Source of the DNA: a bacterium
GTDB taxonomy: Bacteria > Patescibacteriota > Microgenomatia > UBA12405 > BS750m-G30
NCBI GenBank assembly: GCA_021157735.1
Contig: JAGGVZ010000057.1
Location: forward strand, 1 to 45,716
Reading direction: 5' to 3'
DNA: 45,716 bases
The notes under the pieces are model-generated. The model was not told the origin of the DNA, did not search any database, and saw only the letters and a list, made by a program, of their open reading frames with translations. The position numbers were made by a program, and so were the translations under genes. This document shows, piece by piece, positions 1 to 8,311 of the stretch (its first letter is position 1; the number at the start of each line of letters is the position of its first letter).

Positions 1-221
1 ACTCCTGAAAATGTTTTCTCTTCTCTCGATTAGAAATTTCCTTTTTTGGTCAGAAACTAAGCATTTTGGATAATTTTTGTTTTCATTAAAAGTGGTGATT
101 GGGGGAGGGGTTTTGGAGATTTTGCGACATCAAAGTGGTGAAAGAACGGTGATTTTTTGGTTCTTTCCTGAAGATTGGGGGAATTGCAAAACCTGATGTG
201 ATTTGATGTAGAAATTGCTAG

Positions 222-250
222 TTGACAAGGTTTAAATCCTTTGCTTGAAT
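222..250 (+). promoter_or_regulatory. Candidate sigma70-type promoter upstream of nrdD (TTGACA-17 nt-TTGAAT)
   Basis: TTGACA at 222-227, a 17-nt spacer, then TTGAAT at 245-250, about 55 nt upstream of the nrdD ATG. The -10 matches consensus at only 4/6. Confidence 0.3.
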
Positions 251-306
251 TTTTTTACCAGAAAAAATCTTCCTGCCCCAAATCTGCACAGTCTTTTGCT
301 TGTTAA

Positions 307-2454
307 TTGTTTATGGAAAGAGAGGGAACGGTGTTGCGCTCACTAAAAACCAAAATTAAAAAGATAAAGAAAAGAGATGGAAGAGTGGTTCCTTTCCGTC
401 CCGGAAAAATAGAGCGGGCGATTTGGGGAGCTTTCAAAGCCTCCGGACAGCCAGATAGAGAAAGGGTGAAGTTTTTAACGGAAAAGGTTATCAGGGAACT
501 AGAAAAAAGATTTAACAGTACCATTATTCCTGAGGTAGAGCAAGTTCAAGATTTGATTGAGCAGACTTTAACTAAATATGGTCATGAAGAGGTAAGGCGG
601 GCTTTTACTCTTTATCGAGAACTTCACCGCCAGCTACGAAATATCAGCAATTTGGTGGACTCCGAGGAGTTAATTAAAAAATACCTTAATTTAGAAGATT
701 GGCGGGTAAAAGAAAACGCCAATATGACCTATTCTCTTCAAGGACTGAATAATCATGTTGCCAGCATTATTTCTTCCAATTTCTGGCTTAATAATGTTTA
801 TCCGCGGGAGATTAGAAAAGCCCATTTACAAGGAGATATTCACATTCATGATTTGGCTTTGCTTTCTGCCTATTGTACCGGTTGGGATTTAAAGGACCTT
901 TTGATTAAAGGGTTTGGGGGAGTGCCGGGAAAGGTAACCAGTGCCCCGCCCAAGCATTTCAGTTCTGCGTTGGGACAGCTGGTTAACTTCTTTTATACCA
1001 TCCAAGGAGAAGTTGCCGGAGCAGTGGCGGTTTCCAATTTTGACACCTATTTAGCTCCTTTTATCCGCTACGACAAGCTTAGCTACAAAGAAGTAAAACA
1101 GATGATGCAGGAGTTTATCTATAACATGAATGTTCCCACTCGGGTTGGCTTCCAAACACCTTTTACTAACGTAACCATGGATTTGCGTCCTACCAAGACG
1201 GTAGGGGAGGAGGCGGTGATAATTGGTGGGAAGCCGGTTAATGCCCGCTATAAAGATTTCCAAAAAGAGATGGATATGTTCAACCGGGCTTTTGCCGAGG
1301 TGATGAGTGAGGGAGACGCTCAAGGAAGAGTTTTTACTTTTCCCATTCCCACTTATTCCATTACCCGTGACTTTGAATGGGATAATCCTGAGTTAGAGCC
1401 GGTGTGGGAGATGACAAGAAAGTATGGAATTCCTTACTTTTCTAATTTTGTCAACTCCGATATGGACCCTGACGATGTCCGCAGTATGTGCTGTCGTCTC
1501 CGCTTGGACAACCGGGTGTTGCGCAAGAGAGGTGGTTTGTTTGCCGCCAATCCTCTCACCGGTTCAATTGGGGTGGTAACTATTAATTTGCCCCGTTTGG
1601 GATATTTGGCTCGGAAGGGAAGCAAAGGTGAAGGGTTTGCTAAAAGAAAATTCTTTACTATGCTGGGAAGGCTGATGGATTTAGCCAAGGAATCGTTGAT
1701 GATTAAAAGAGAAACGGTGGAGAAGTTTACTGCCCAAGGTCTTTATCCCTACTGCCGTCATTATCTGGAGGGGATTTACCAGCGCAATGGAGTTTATTGG
1801 CGAAATCATTTCAATACCATTGGAATTAACGGCATGAATGAGGCTTTGGTGAACTTAATGGGCAAGACCATTGCTGACCCTGAGGGAAGAGAATTTGCTT
1901 TGGAGGTGATGGATTATATGCGAGAAAAGCTCCTTGTTTATCAGCGCGAGACAGGGGAGATGTTTAATTTAGAGGCTACTCCGGCCGAGGGAACATCTTA
2001 TCGTTTTGCCCGGATTGATAAAGAAAAATATCCTGATATTATTTGTGCCAACGAAGAAGATGTTCAGAAAAGAAAAGCTGCTCCTTTCTATACCAATTCT
2101 ACTCATTTGCCGGTAGATTATACTGATGATGTTTTTGAGGCCTTGGATTTGCAGGATGACCTTCAGTGTAAATACAACGGAGGAACGGTACTGCATGTTT
2201 TCTTGGGAGAAAGTTTACCTGATACCCGAAGCGTTAAGCAGTTAGTGAAAAGGATTTCTGATAATTATCATCTTCCTTACTTTTCAATTACGCCCACCTT
2301 CTCTATCTGCCCAAAGCACGGTTATCTAAAAGGAGCGTGGGAGTATTGTCCTCTCTGCGACGAGGAGATTGGTTACAAAGAAAAAGGGCGGGTTAAAAGG
2401 TTAAGGTTAACCAGAAAGGAGGCAAAAAGTGGCCGCCAGAAAAAGAAAAGCTAG
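307..2454 (+). CDS. nrdD: Anaerobic (class III) ribonucleoside-triphosphate reductase, large polypeptide with N-terminal ATP-cone. It ends in a K/R-rich tail and lacks the glycyl-radical motif.
   Basis: 715-aa ORF. It has an ATP-cone-like N-terminus (KRDGRVVPFRPGKIERAI), NrdD-like core blocks (LLSAYCTGWD, FTFPIPTY, MCCRLRLD, NLEATPAEG) and a C-terminal Zn-site-like CPKHG...CPLC. nrdG follows. The RxxGY glycyl-radical motif is not in this frame. Confidence 0.9.
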   Translation: MFMEREGTVLRSLKTKIKKIKKRDGRVVPFRPGKIERAIWGAFKASGQPDRERVKFLTEKVIRELEKRFNSTIIPEVEQVQDLIEQTLTKYGHEEVRRAFTLYRELHRQLRNISNLVDSEELIKKYLNLEDWRVKENANMTYSLQGLNNHVASIISSNFWLNNVYPREIRKAHLQGDIHIHDLALLSAYCTGWDLKDLLIKGFGGVPGKVTSAPPKHFSSALGQLVNFFYTIQGEVAGAVAVSNFDTYLAPFIRYDKLSYKEVKQMMQEFIYNMNVPTRVGFQTPFTNVTMDLRPTKTVGEEAVIIGGKPVNARYKDFQKEMDMFNRAFAEVMSEGDAQGRVFTFPIPTYSITRDFEWDNPELEPVWEMTRKYGIPYFSNFVNSDMDPDDVRSMCCRLRLDNRVLRKRGGLFAANPLTGSIGVVTINLPRLGYLARKGSKGEGFAKRKFFTMLGRLMDLAKESLMIKRETVEKFTAQGLYPYCRHYLEGIYQRNGVYWRNHFNTIGINGMNEALVNLMGKTIADPEGREFALEVMDYMREKLLVYQRETGEMFNLEATPAEGTSYRFARIDKEKYPDIICANEEDVQKRKAAPFYTNSTHLPVDYTDDVFEALDLQDDLQCKYNGGTVLHVFLGESLPDTRSVKQLVKRISDNYHLPYFSITPTFSICPKHGYLKGAWEYCPLCDEEIGYKEKGRVKRLRLTRKEAKSGRQKKKS

Positions 2455-2602
2455 AGCGACAGGGACCAAGAAGTCTTTAGCCGCCCAAAGAACCCGTTGT
2501 GAGGTTTATTCCCGGATTGTTGGCTATCTCAGACCGGTTTCTCAATGGAATCCGGGGAAAGCGGAAGAGTTCTACAAAAGGACTCCCTATAAAATCCGAT
2601 GA
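2429..2602 (+). CDS. 57-codon ORF encoding the NrdD glycyl-radical domain (RTRCEVYSRIVGYLRPVSQWNPGK). It is in the +1 frame relative to nrdD and overlaps it by 26 nt.
   Basis: My own translation of frame 2 gives V/M-AARKRKARATGTKKSLAAQRTRCEVYSRIVGYLRPVSQWNPGKAEEFYKRTPYKIR*. AAGGAGG at 2416-2422 sits 6 nt upstream of GTG at 2429. The TGA stop (2600-2602) overlaps the nrdG ATG (2599) as ATGA. The ORF is under 60 aa, so it is absent from the ORF track. Confidence 0.6.
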   Translation: MAARKRKARATGTKKSLAAQRTRCEVYSRIVGYLRPVSQWNPGKAEEFYKRTPYKIR

Positions 2603-3324
2603 TTCTAGGAGGGTTGCAGCGGACAACCCTGATTGATTTTCCGGGGAAGATTGCCTGTACGGTTTTTACGGTGGGTTGTAATTTTCGCTGCCCGTTTTGC
2701 CATAATAAAGACCTGGTTTCCCTGGAAGCGTTTAAAAAGTCTCCTTATCAACAGCTTCCAGAAGAAGAGTTTTTTGCTTTCTTAGAAAAGAGGAAAGAGG
2801 TACTGGATGGTGTTTGTATTACCGGGGGAGAACCAACTTTGCAGCCTGACCTGGCTGATTTTTGTAAAAAAATCAAAGAGAAAGGATTGTTGGTGAAATT
2901 AGACAGTAACGGTAGCCGGCCAGAAGTTTTAAAAGCGTTGCTTGAGAAAAAGTTGGTAGATTTTATTGCCATGGATTTTAAAACCCGCTGGGAAGATTAT
3001 CCTAAAGTAACTAAATTTCCCCAGACAGAGAAGATAAAAGAGTCGCTTGATATTATCCTTACCAGCGGCTTGCCCTATACCATCAGAACAACTATTGTTC
3101 CCGGAATTCATGATGTTGAAGTTTTACTGACCATGGCAAGACAACTAAGAAAGGCCAATGGCGGGAAAAAGATTGACTGGTATTGGCAGAATTTTCAGCC
3201 CCACAACACTTTAGATAAAAAGCTGGAAAAAGAGATTCCTTTTGGTCGGGAAGAAATTGAGGAAGTCTACCGGGAAGCTAAAAAAATTGTGGGAAATATC
3301 ATCTTGATTGGTTGGGAAGGTTAA
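2599..3324 (+). CDS. nrdG: Anaerobic ribonucleotide reductase activating protein (radical SAM)
   Basis: CNFRCPFCHN radical-SAM cluster motif, a GGEPT SAM-binding motif, and a position immediately after nrdD. Confidence 0.9.
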   Translation: MILGGLQRTTLIDFPGKIACTVFTVGCNFRCPFCHNKDLVSLEAFKKSPYQQLPEEEFFAFLEKRKEVLDGVCITGGEPTLQPDLADFCKKIKEKGLLVKLDSNGSRPEVLKALLEKKLVDFIAMDFKTRWEDYPKVTKFPQTEKIKESLDIILTSGLPYTIRTTIVPGIHDVEVLLTMARQLRKANGGKKIDWYWQNFQPHNTLDKKLEKEIPFGREEIEEVYREAKKIVGNIILIGWEG

Positions 3325-3338
3325 GGGATAATTAAAGA

Positions 3339-3992
3339 GTGGAGAAAATAGTTGCTAGTTTAACCGCAATTATTCAAAGATGGGGGCCATGGGGAGTTTT
3401 TGGCGCTGGGATTTTGGAGCAGATAATTGCTCCAATTCCTTCTCCCATTGTTCCCATGGGAGGAGGATTTTTTCTGGTGACTGCCCAAACTATTGGGGGG
3501 GCCTTAAGAGAAGTAATTCCTAAAGTAGCTGTTCCTTTTTCTTTGGGGTCTACTTTGGGGTCAAGTTTTGTTTTTTTAATTGCCTATTTTGGGGGAGAGT
3601 TTTTGGTTAATAAACTGGAAAAATTTTTAGAATTTGGATGGAAGGATATCGAAAGGTTTAAAAAGAGATTTTTTGAAGGAAAAGCTACCGATGAGCTTTT
3701 AATTTTTCTTTTAATGGCTATTCCGGTAATTCCTTCTTCTTTTGTTTCTGCCACCTGTGGAGCGATAAGAATTAGAATGGTTAGTTTTTATCTTTTTACT
3801 TTTTTAGGGTTACTGGTGAGAGGAACTTTTTTGGGAATGCTGGGTTGGTGGGCGGGAGAAGCTTATCAAGAAATTGCCGGAGGAGTGAATAGGATAGAAA
3901 ATATTGTGTTTATTATTTTGGGTCTTCTGGCCCTAGCAGCTTTAGCCTTTGGCTATTGGAAAAGAGAAAAGTGGCTTAAAGGAAACAAATAA
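3339..3992 (+). CDS. Polytopic membrane protein, DedA/VTT (SNARE-associated) family-like
   Basis: 217 aa with a GTG start and several hydrophobic helices. The pattern is DedA-like. The family assignment comes from composition and motif impression only. Confidence 0.45.
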   Translation: MEKIVASLTAIIQRWGPWGVFGAGILEQIIAPIPSPIVPMGGGFFLVTAQTIGGALREVIPKVAVPFSLGSTLGSSFVFLIAYFGGEFLVNKLEKFLEFGWKDIERFKKRFFEGKATDELLIFLLMAIPVIPSSFVSATCGAIRIRMVSFYLFTFLGLLVRGTFLGMLGWWAGEAYQEIAGGVNRIENIVFIILGLLALAALAFGYWKREKWLKGNK

Positions 3993-4056
3993 AGAGTAAA
4001 CTTGCCTTTCTCTCAGAGGAATGATATACTAACATAATTATTAATTATAGGTAACG

Positions 4057-5817
4057 ATGAAAAGGTTCTTTTTTTCTCTTTCTTTTCTTTTGGGAAGTTT
4101 AGTTTTTTTAATTGGAGGAGAAAAGACTTTTGCATTTTATCGAAAATATCGAGGCTGGGAGGATTTTTTCCTTTCTCAATCTCCATTTGGATTTTCACAG
4201 ACAGGGTACTGGTGGGATACCTACGTTGAGTCTTCCATGCCTCTTTGGAAAGAATCAGGAGCAAGATGGGTGAGAGAGGTTGCCAATTGGTCTTTTGTTC
4301 AACATAGAGAGCAAGATTTAAAAGAGGGGAAATTCGACTGGTCATTGCTGGATCGGCAGATAGATAGATTTTGGAAAGCAGGAATTGCACCAGTGCTTGT
4401 CTTAGGTTTTAATGTAGAGCCCCAAGAAGATGGAAGCTTACGAGAAGTTGTTTCTATGCCTGATTTATCTCCGGTTATTTGGGAGCCTCACCTGGGAAAG
4501 AGAATCTCTTATTGGGAAAATTATGTTTTTCATTTGGTAGCCCGTTATGGGCCCAATGATTATGGCTTGGGAGAAGGATACGGGCGAAACAAGGTAAAGC
4601 ATTGGGAGATATGGAGCGGGGAGAATACTCCTTTCTGGAAAGACGGCCAGATTAAATCTCAGATTTCTCCTGAAGATTATTTTTCGCTTCTGAGAGCTTC
4701 CTATTTAATTATTAAAAGAGTAGATCCTTCAGCCAAGGTAATTTTTGGAGGGATTACTGATGAAGTTGCTGCAGCAGGCAGTCTTTCTCCCGGAAAAGTT
4801 TCTTCTTTTAACCAGAATTATCTGAAAGAAATTTTTAATCGCTGTGGTTGCTATTTTTTTGATATCTTTGCCATTCGTCCCTATAGGGCAATGCGTGAAG
4901 GAAAACTGAATGAATATACTGCCGATGTAGATGCTTTCCTGAAAAAGAACTGGTGTGAAAAGAAGATTTGGATTACTGAAGTAGGAAGCAACCCGGTCGG
5001 AAGCAGTTTTCAAAAAGTGGCTCAGGATATCCAGAATACTTATCACTCCTGGGAGAATGGCAGTTTGAAAGCAGAGAAGATTTTCTGGTATCGATTGATT
5101 CCTGTTGACATACCTAATCACTCTTTTGCTTTAACCCATTGTTTTGAGTGGGGGCCAGAAAAGCAATGTGGTGCCTGGGAGAAGTCGATTGCTTTTGACA
5201 CCTATAAAGATTTGGCATGGCGTTATTTTTGGCGTGGGGGACGGTTTAGTGGAATTTGGAAACAAAGAGACGTTTTGCCTTTCCCGGAAGAATTTTCTTG
5301 GGAGACAGGAATTGTTGATGGAGAGATGAGAAAAATTAATTATGGAACTAGTGCTTCAATTCTGGGTGGAGTAGGCCAGATTGATTCCATAGTAGGTGAA
5401 GACGGAGAGATAACGCGTCGTGGGCGTGGATATTATCTTCATCCTTATTGGCACTCTAAAGGGGTTATCAAAGGAAAAGGAAAACTCTTTTTGAGTTCCT
5501 ATGGGGGGGACAAGATTGTTCTATCGGGAAAGCTTGTTTTTCCTGCCGAGAAAAGCGGGACTGACGGAGTAAGAGTGGTGATTCAAATTAGAGACCCTAG
5601 CAATCCATTTTCTTCTCCTGTTGTTTTCGAAAAGACGGTTTATTATGACGGAAGAGCTGATTATTTCTATCTTGATCTTACTCCTTACCGAGGAGAAAAA
5701 ATAAAGCTGATTGTGAGTGAGTTTGCCTCTCCTCGAAAGGATTTTTCTGGTAATTCTTATTTTGATTTGCTTGTCTGGACAGATCTTTCTCTCGAATACG
5801 GACAATTTTCTTTTTAA
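4057..5817 (+). CDS. Secreted clan GH-A (GH39/GH5-like TIM-barrel) glycoside-hydrolase-like protein, paralog 1, with a variant acid/base motif
   Basis: It has an N-terminal signal/anchor (MKRFFFSLSFLLGSLVFLIGG) and a nucleophile-type motif, KIWITEVG. WEIWSGENTP sits where paralog 2 has WEIWNEPD. It aligns with the downstream paralog along its whole length. Confidence 0.55.
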   Translation: MKRFFFSLSFLLGSLVFLIGGEKTFAFYRKYRGWEDFFLSQSPFGFSQTGYWWDTYVESSMPLWKESGARWVREVANWSFVQHREQDLKEGKFDWSLLDRQIDRFWKAGIAPVLVLGFNVEPQEDGSLREVVSMPDLSPVIWEPHLGKRISYWENYVFHLVARYGPNDYGLGEGYGRNKVKHWEIWSGENTPFWKDGQIKSQISPEDYFSLLRASYLIIKRVDPSAKVIFGGITDEVAAAGSLSPGKVSSFNQNYLKEIFNRCGCYFFDIFAIRPYRAMREGKLNEYTADVDAFLKKNWCEKKIWITEVGSNPVGSSFQKVAQDIQNTYHSWENGSLKAEKIFWYRLIPVDIPNHSFALTHCFEWGPEKQCGAWEKSIAFDTYKDLAWRYFWRGGRFSGIWKQRDVLPFPEEFSWETGIVDGEMRKINYGTSASILGGVGQIDSIVGEDGEITRRGRGYYLHPYWHSKGVIKGKGKLFLSSYGGDKIVLSGKLVFPAEKSGTDGVRVVIQIRDPSNPFSSPVVFEKTVYYDGRADYFYLDLTPYRGEKIKLIVSEFASPRKDFSGNSYFDLLVWTDLSLEYGQFSF

Positions 5818-5922
5818 AATTAAAACTTCTTCATTTAGACTAAAAATAGTTTTTCAGAGGCATTTTTCTTAAGGGAAAAGGTTGACAGGTGAATCTTTTC
5901 TTTATATCCTCTAGAAAGTGGG

Positions 5923-8031
5923 ATGAAAAGAAGAAATTTCCTTTTGGCGGGAGGAGGGATACTATTTTCGTTAGTAATTTTGACAATTATTCTTGGCAGT
6001 AAAGTTTTAAAAGAGACTCAGGAAACTCGGCGAAGAGCGTATAACCAAGAAGAGACCCAAGGTTTTTCTTGGCAACCTCCGGCATCTCCTTTTGGTTTCT
6101 CGGGAACCGGATATTGGTGGGATAGCTATGTTGACTCTTCTTTACCTCTTTGGAAAGAATCAGGAGCAAGGTGGATTAGAGAAACGGTTAACTGGGTTTT
6201 TGTTCAGAACAAAAAAAGTGATTTGGAACAGGGAATCTTTCATTGGGAAGCGCTTGACCGTCACCTTAATCGTTTTACCCAAGCAGGGATAATGCCTTTG
6301 TTAGTTTTGGGCTTTAATGTAGAAGAGGAAAGTGGGGGAGGGTTGAAGGAAGTTGTCTCTTGCCCTGATTTAACTCCTGTTTATTATGAACCCCACCTTA
6401 AAAGAAGGATTTCTTATTGGGAAAATTACGTTTTTCATTTGGTTGCTCGTTACGGAAAGAGTCGCTATGACCTCGGCCCTGGCTATCGCCAAGGAAAAGT
6501 AAGATATTGGGAGATATGGAACGAACCAGATTTTAAAGGGGGAGGAACCTACCTAACTCCTCAAGACTATCAACGGTTAGTTAAAGCTACCTATCGAATA
6601 ATCAAAGAGGTCGATCCCGGGGCAAAAGTAGTTTTTGGGGGATTAAGTGATGAGATTTCTCCGGGAGAGAGCGAATTTTCCGGCAGTAAGCTCCTTCCCC
6701 GAACCAGAGAATATCTTCAGGGGGTAATTGGCAACGGAAGCACCTGCTCCTATTTTGACATTTTGGGTATTCATCCTTACCGGGCTTTAAGACAGAACAA
6801 ACTGGTTGATTATGTTCATGAGATAGAAAGATTTTTAAAAGACCGCCATTGCGAAAAACCGATTTGGATTACGGAAATAGGTCTAACTGGTTCGATGCGG
6901 GGGAGTTCTCAAGGAGAAGATGGTTTTTCAGAAGCAGTAAAAAGGGCATATCGGGAGGTGATTCCCGGAGGAAAGCTTTACCAAAAAGTAAAGAAGGTTT
7001 TTTGGTACCGGCTAACCCCGAATTGCTCCAATTGTTCTCTTAGTGAAGAAAGTTTTTCTCTTGTTTCATGTCAAAAAGAAGATTCGCAAGACCATCGTTG
7101 TCTCCAGTGGGAGCGAAGGAAAGGATTTTTTACTTATAAACAACTTGCGTGGCAACATTTTTGGCAGGGAAGGGAATTAAAACTAGCCAAGACTAGTAGT
7201 TTACAAGAGCAAATTTCCCGTTTTTACTGGGAGTCAGCGACTCTTGATAGTCAACCGAGAAGGATTTTTTGGGGAGAAGATGCAGAAAAGCGAGGATTGG
7301 TAAAGCCTCTTTCAGGAGGAGTAGTCGTGGAAGACGGAAGTGTTTTGAAACCAGAGGAGGGTTGTTTTTATCTCCATCCTTATTGGGATTCTAAAGGTTA
7401 TATCAAAGGAACAGGGGAAATCCAAGTTCCTTGGGGAGAAAGGGTAAGGTTGCGGCTTCTTTTGGCTTTTCCTAAAGACAGAGAAGGGACTGATGGGGTT
7501 AGAGTAAAGGTAGAGGTTAAAGATCCTGCCAATCCCAAAAGATTTCCTTTGCTGGCAGAAAAATCTGTTTTTTATGACCAAAGAAAAAAGGTGCTTTGGC
7601 TAGATATGACTCCTTATCGAGGAGAAAAGGTTGCTTTGATTTTAACTCAACTTGCCTCGCCAACAAAAAAGTTTGCAGGTAACTCATACCGAGATTTACT
7701 GGTGTGGTGTATGAAGGAACAGGTAGAGGAGGTGAAAGCGAGTCAGGTAATAACTCCAAGTCCAACAGTTGCTCCTACCAGAGTACCAGTTACCAATACT
7801 CCTGTTCCTACAGCCAGTCCCATACCTACCGCAGAACCCTCTCCAACTGGGGAATCAATGAGTGGTTGTCGATGTACCTCTCTTTTGGAAGTAGCTAGGT
7901 TTGCTTCAGAGTTAGTAGAATATAACTTTTACAGTCAGAATTACCAGAGTAGATTTGATTGTAATGGAGATAGAGAAATAAATAGTGGGGATTTATCGGC
8001 ATGTCTTGATAAATATATTTTTCAGCAGTAA
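5923..8031 (+). CDS. Secreted clan GH-A glycoside hydrolase-like protein, paralog 2, with a Pro/Thr-rich linker and a C-terminal dockerin/EF-hand-like module
   Basis: WEIWNEPDF (acid/base) and PIWITEIG (nucleophile) motifs. The N-terminus MKRRNFLLAGGG resembles a Tat signal. A PT-rich linker (TPSPTVAPTRVPVTNTPVPTASPIPTAEPSPTG) is followed by DCNGDREINSGD. Confidence 0.6.
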   Translation: MKRRNFLLAGGGILFSLVILTIILGSKVLKETQETRRRAYNQEETQGFSWQPPASPFGFSGTGYWWDSYVDSSLPLWKESGARWIRETVNWVFVQNKKSDLEQGIFHWEALDRHLNRFTQAGIMPLLVLGFNVEEESGGGLKEVVSCPDLTPVYYEPHLKRRISYWENYVFHLVARYGKSRYDLGPGYRQGKVRYWEIWNEPDFKGGGTYLTPQDYQRLVKATYRIIKEVDPGAKVVFGGLSDEISPGESEFSGSKLLPRTREYLQGVIGNGSTCSYFDILGIHPYRALRQNKLVDYVHEIERFLKDRHCEKPIWITEIGLTGSMRGSSQGEDGFSEAVKRAYREVIPGGKLYQKVKKVFWYRLTPNCSNCSLSEESFSLVSCQKEDSQDHRCLQWERRKGFFTYKQLAWQHFWQGRELKLAKTSSLQEQISRFYWESATLDSQPRRIFWGEDAEKRGLVKPLSGGVVVEDGSVLKPEEGCFYLHPYWDSKGYIKGTGEIQVPWGERVRLRLLLAFPKDREGTDGVRVKVEVKDPANPKRFPLLAEKSVFYDQRKKVLWLDMTPYRGEKVALILTQLASPTKKFAGNSYRDLLVWCMKEQVEEVKASQVITPSPTVAPTRVPVTNTPVPTASPIPTAEPSPTGESMSGCRCTSLLEVARFASELVEYNFYSQNYQSRFDCNGDREINSGDLSACLDKYIFQQ

Positions 8032-8063
8032 CCGGCAAATTTTTATGGTAAAATATTCCCGTT

Positions 8064-8237
8064 ATGGCAAAAAGAGGTAATCGTCTTATCATCGGTTTGG
8101 TTTGTTCTGTTTGCGGACAGGTTAACTATATTACCGAGAGGAATAAAGTTAATACTCCTGACAAATTGGTTTTGAAAAAATATTGTCCGCATTGTAAAAA
8201 AAGAACAGAACATAAAGAAACCCAAAAGTTAAAGTGA
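8064..8237 (+). CDS. rpmG: 50S ribosomal protein L33
   Basis: My own translation gives MAKRGNRLIIGLVCSVCGQVNYITERNKVNTPDKLVLKKYCPHCKKRTEHKETQKLK*. This is the typical L33 length with a CxxC...CxxC zinc ribbon. At 57 aa it is not in the ORF track. Confidence 0.85.
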   Translation: MAKRGNRLIIGLVCSVCGQVNYITERNKVNTPDKLVLKKYCPHCKKRTEHKETQKLK

Positions 8238-8311
8238 GGGCCCGTAGCTCAGTTGGCTAGAGCGTCCGTATGGCATGCGGAAGGTCAGGGGTTCGAATCC
8301 CCTCGGGTCCA
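8238..8311 (+). tRNA. tRNA-Ala(GGC)
   Basis: A hand-folded 74-nt cloverleaf. Acceptor GGGCCCG/CGGGTCC includes the Ala identity pair G3:U70. The anticodon loop is AUGGCAU and the T arm is AGGGG-TTCGAAT-CCCCT. It starts on the nucleotide after the rpmG TGA. Confidence 0.85.

Noticed and set aside
1-306. A cobalamin riboswitch or NrdR boxes upstream of nrdD
   Set aside because: There is no B12-box-like sequence and no 16-bp NrdR-type palindrome (acaCwAtATaTwGtgt). Only the direct repeats reported separately are present.
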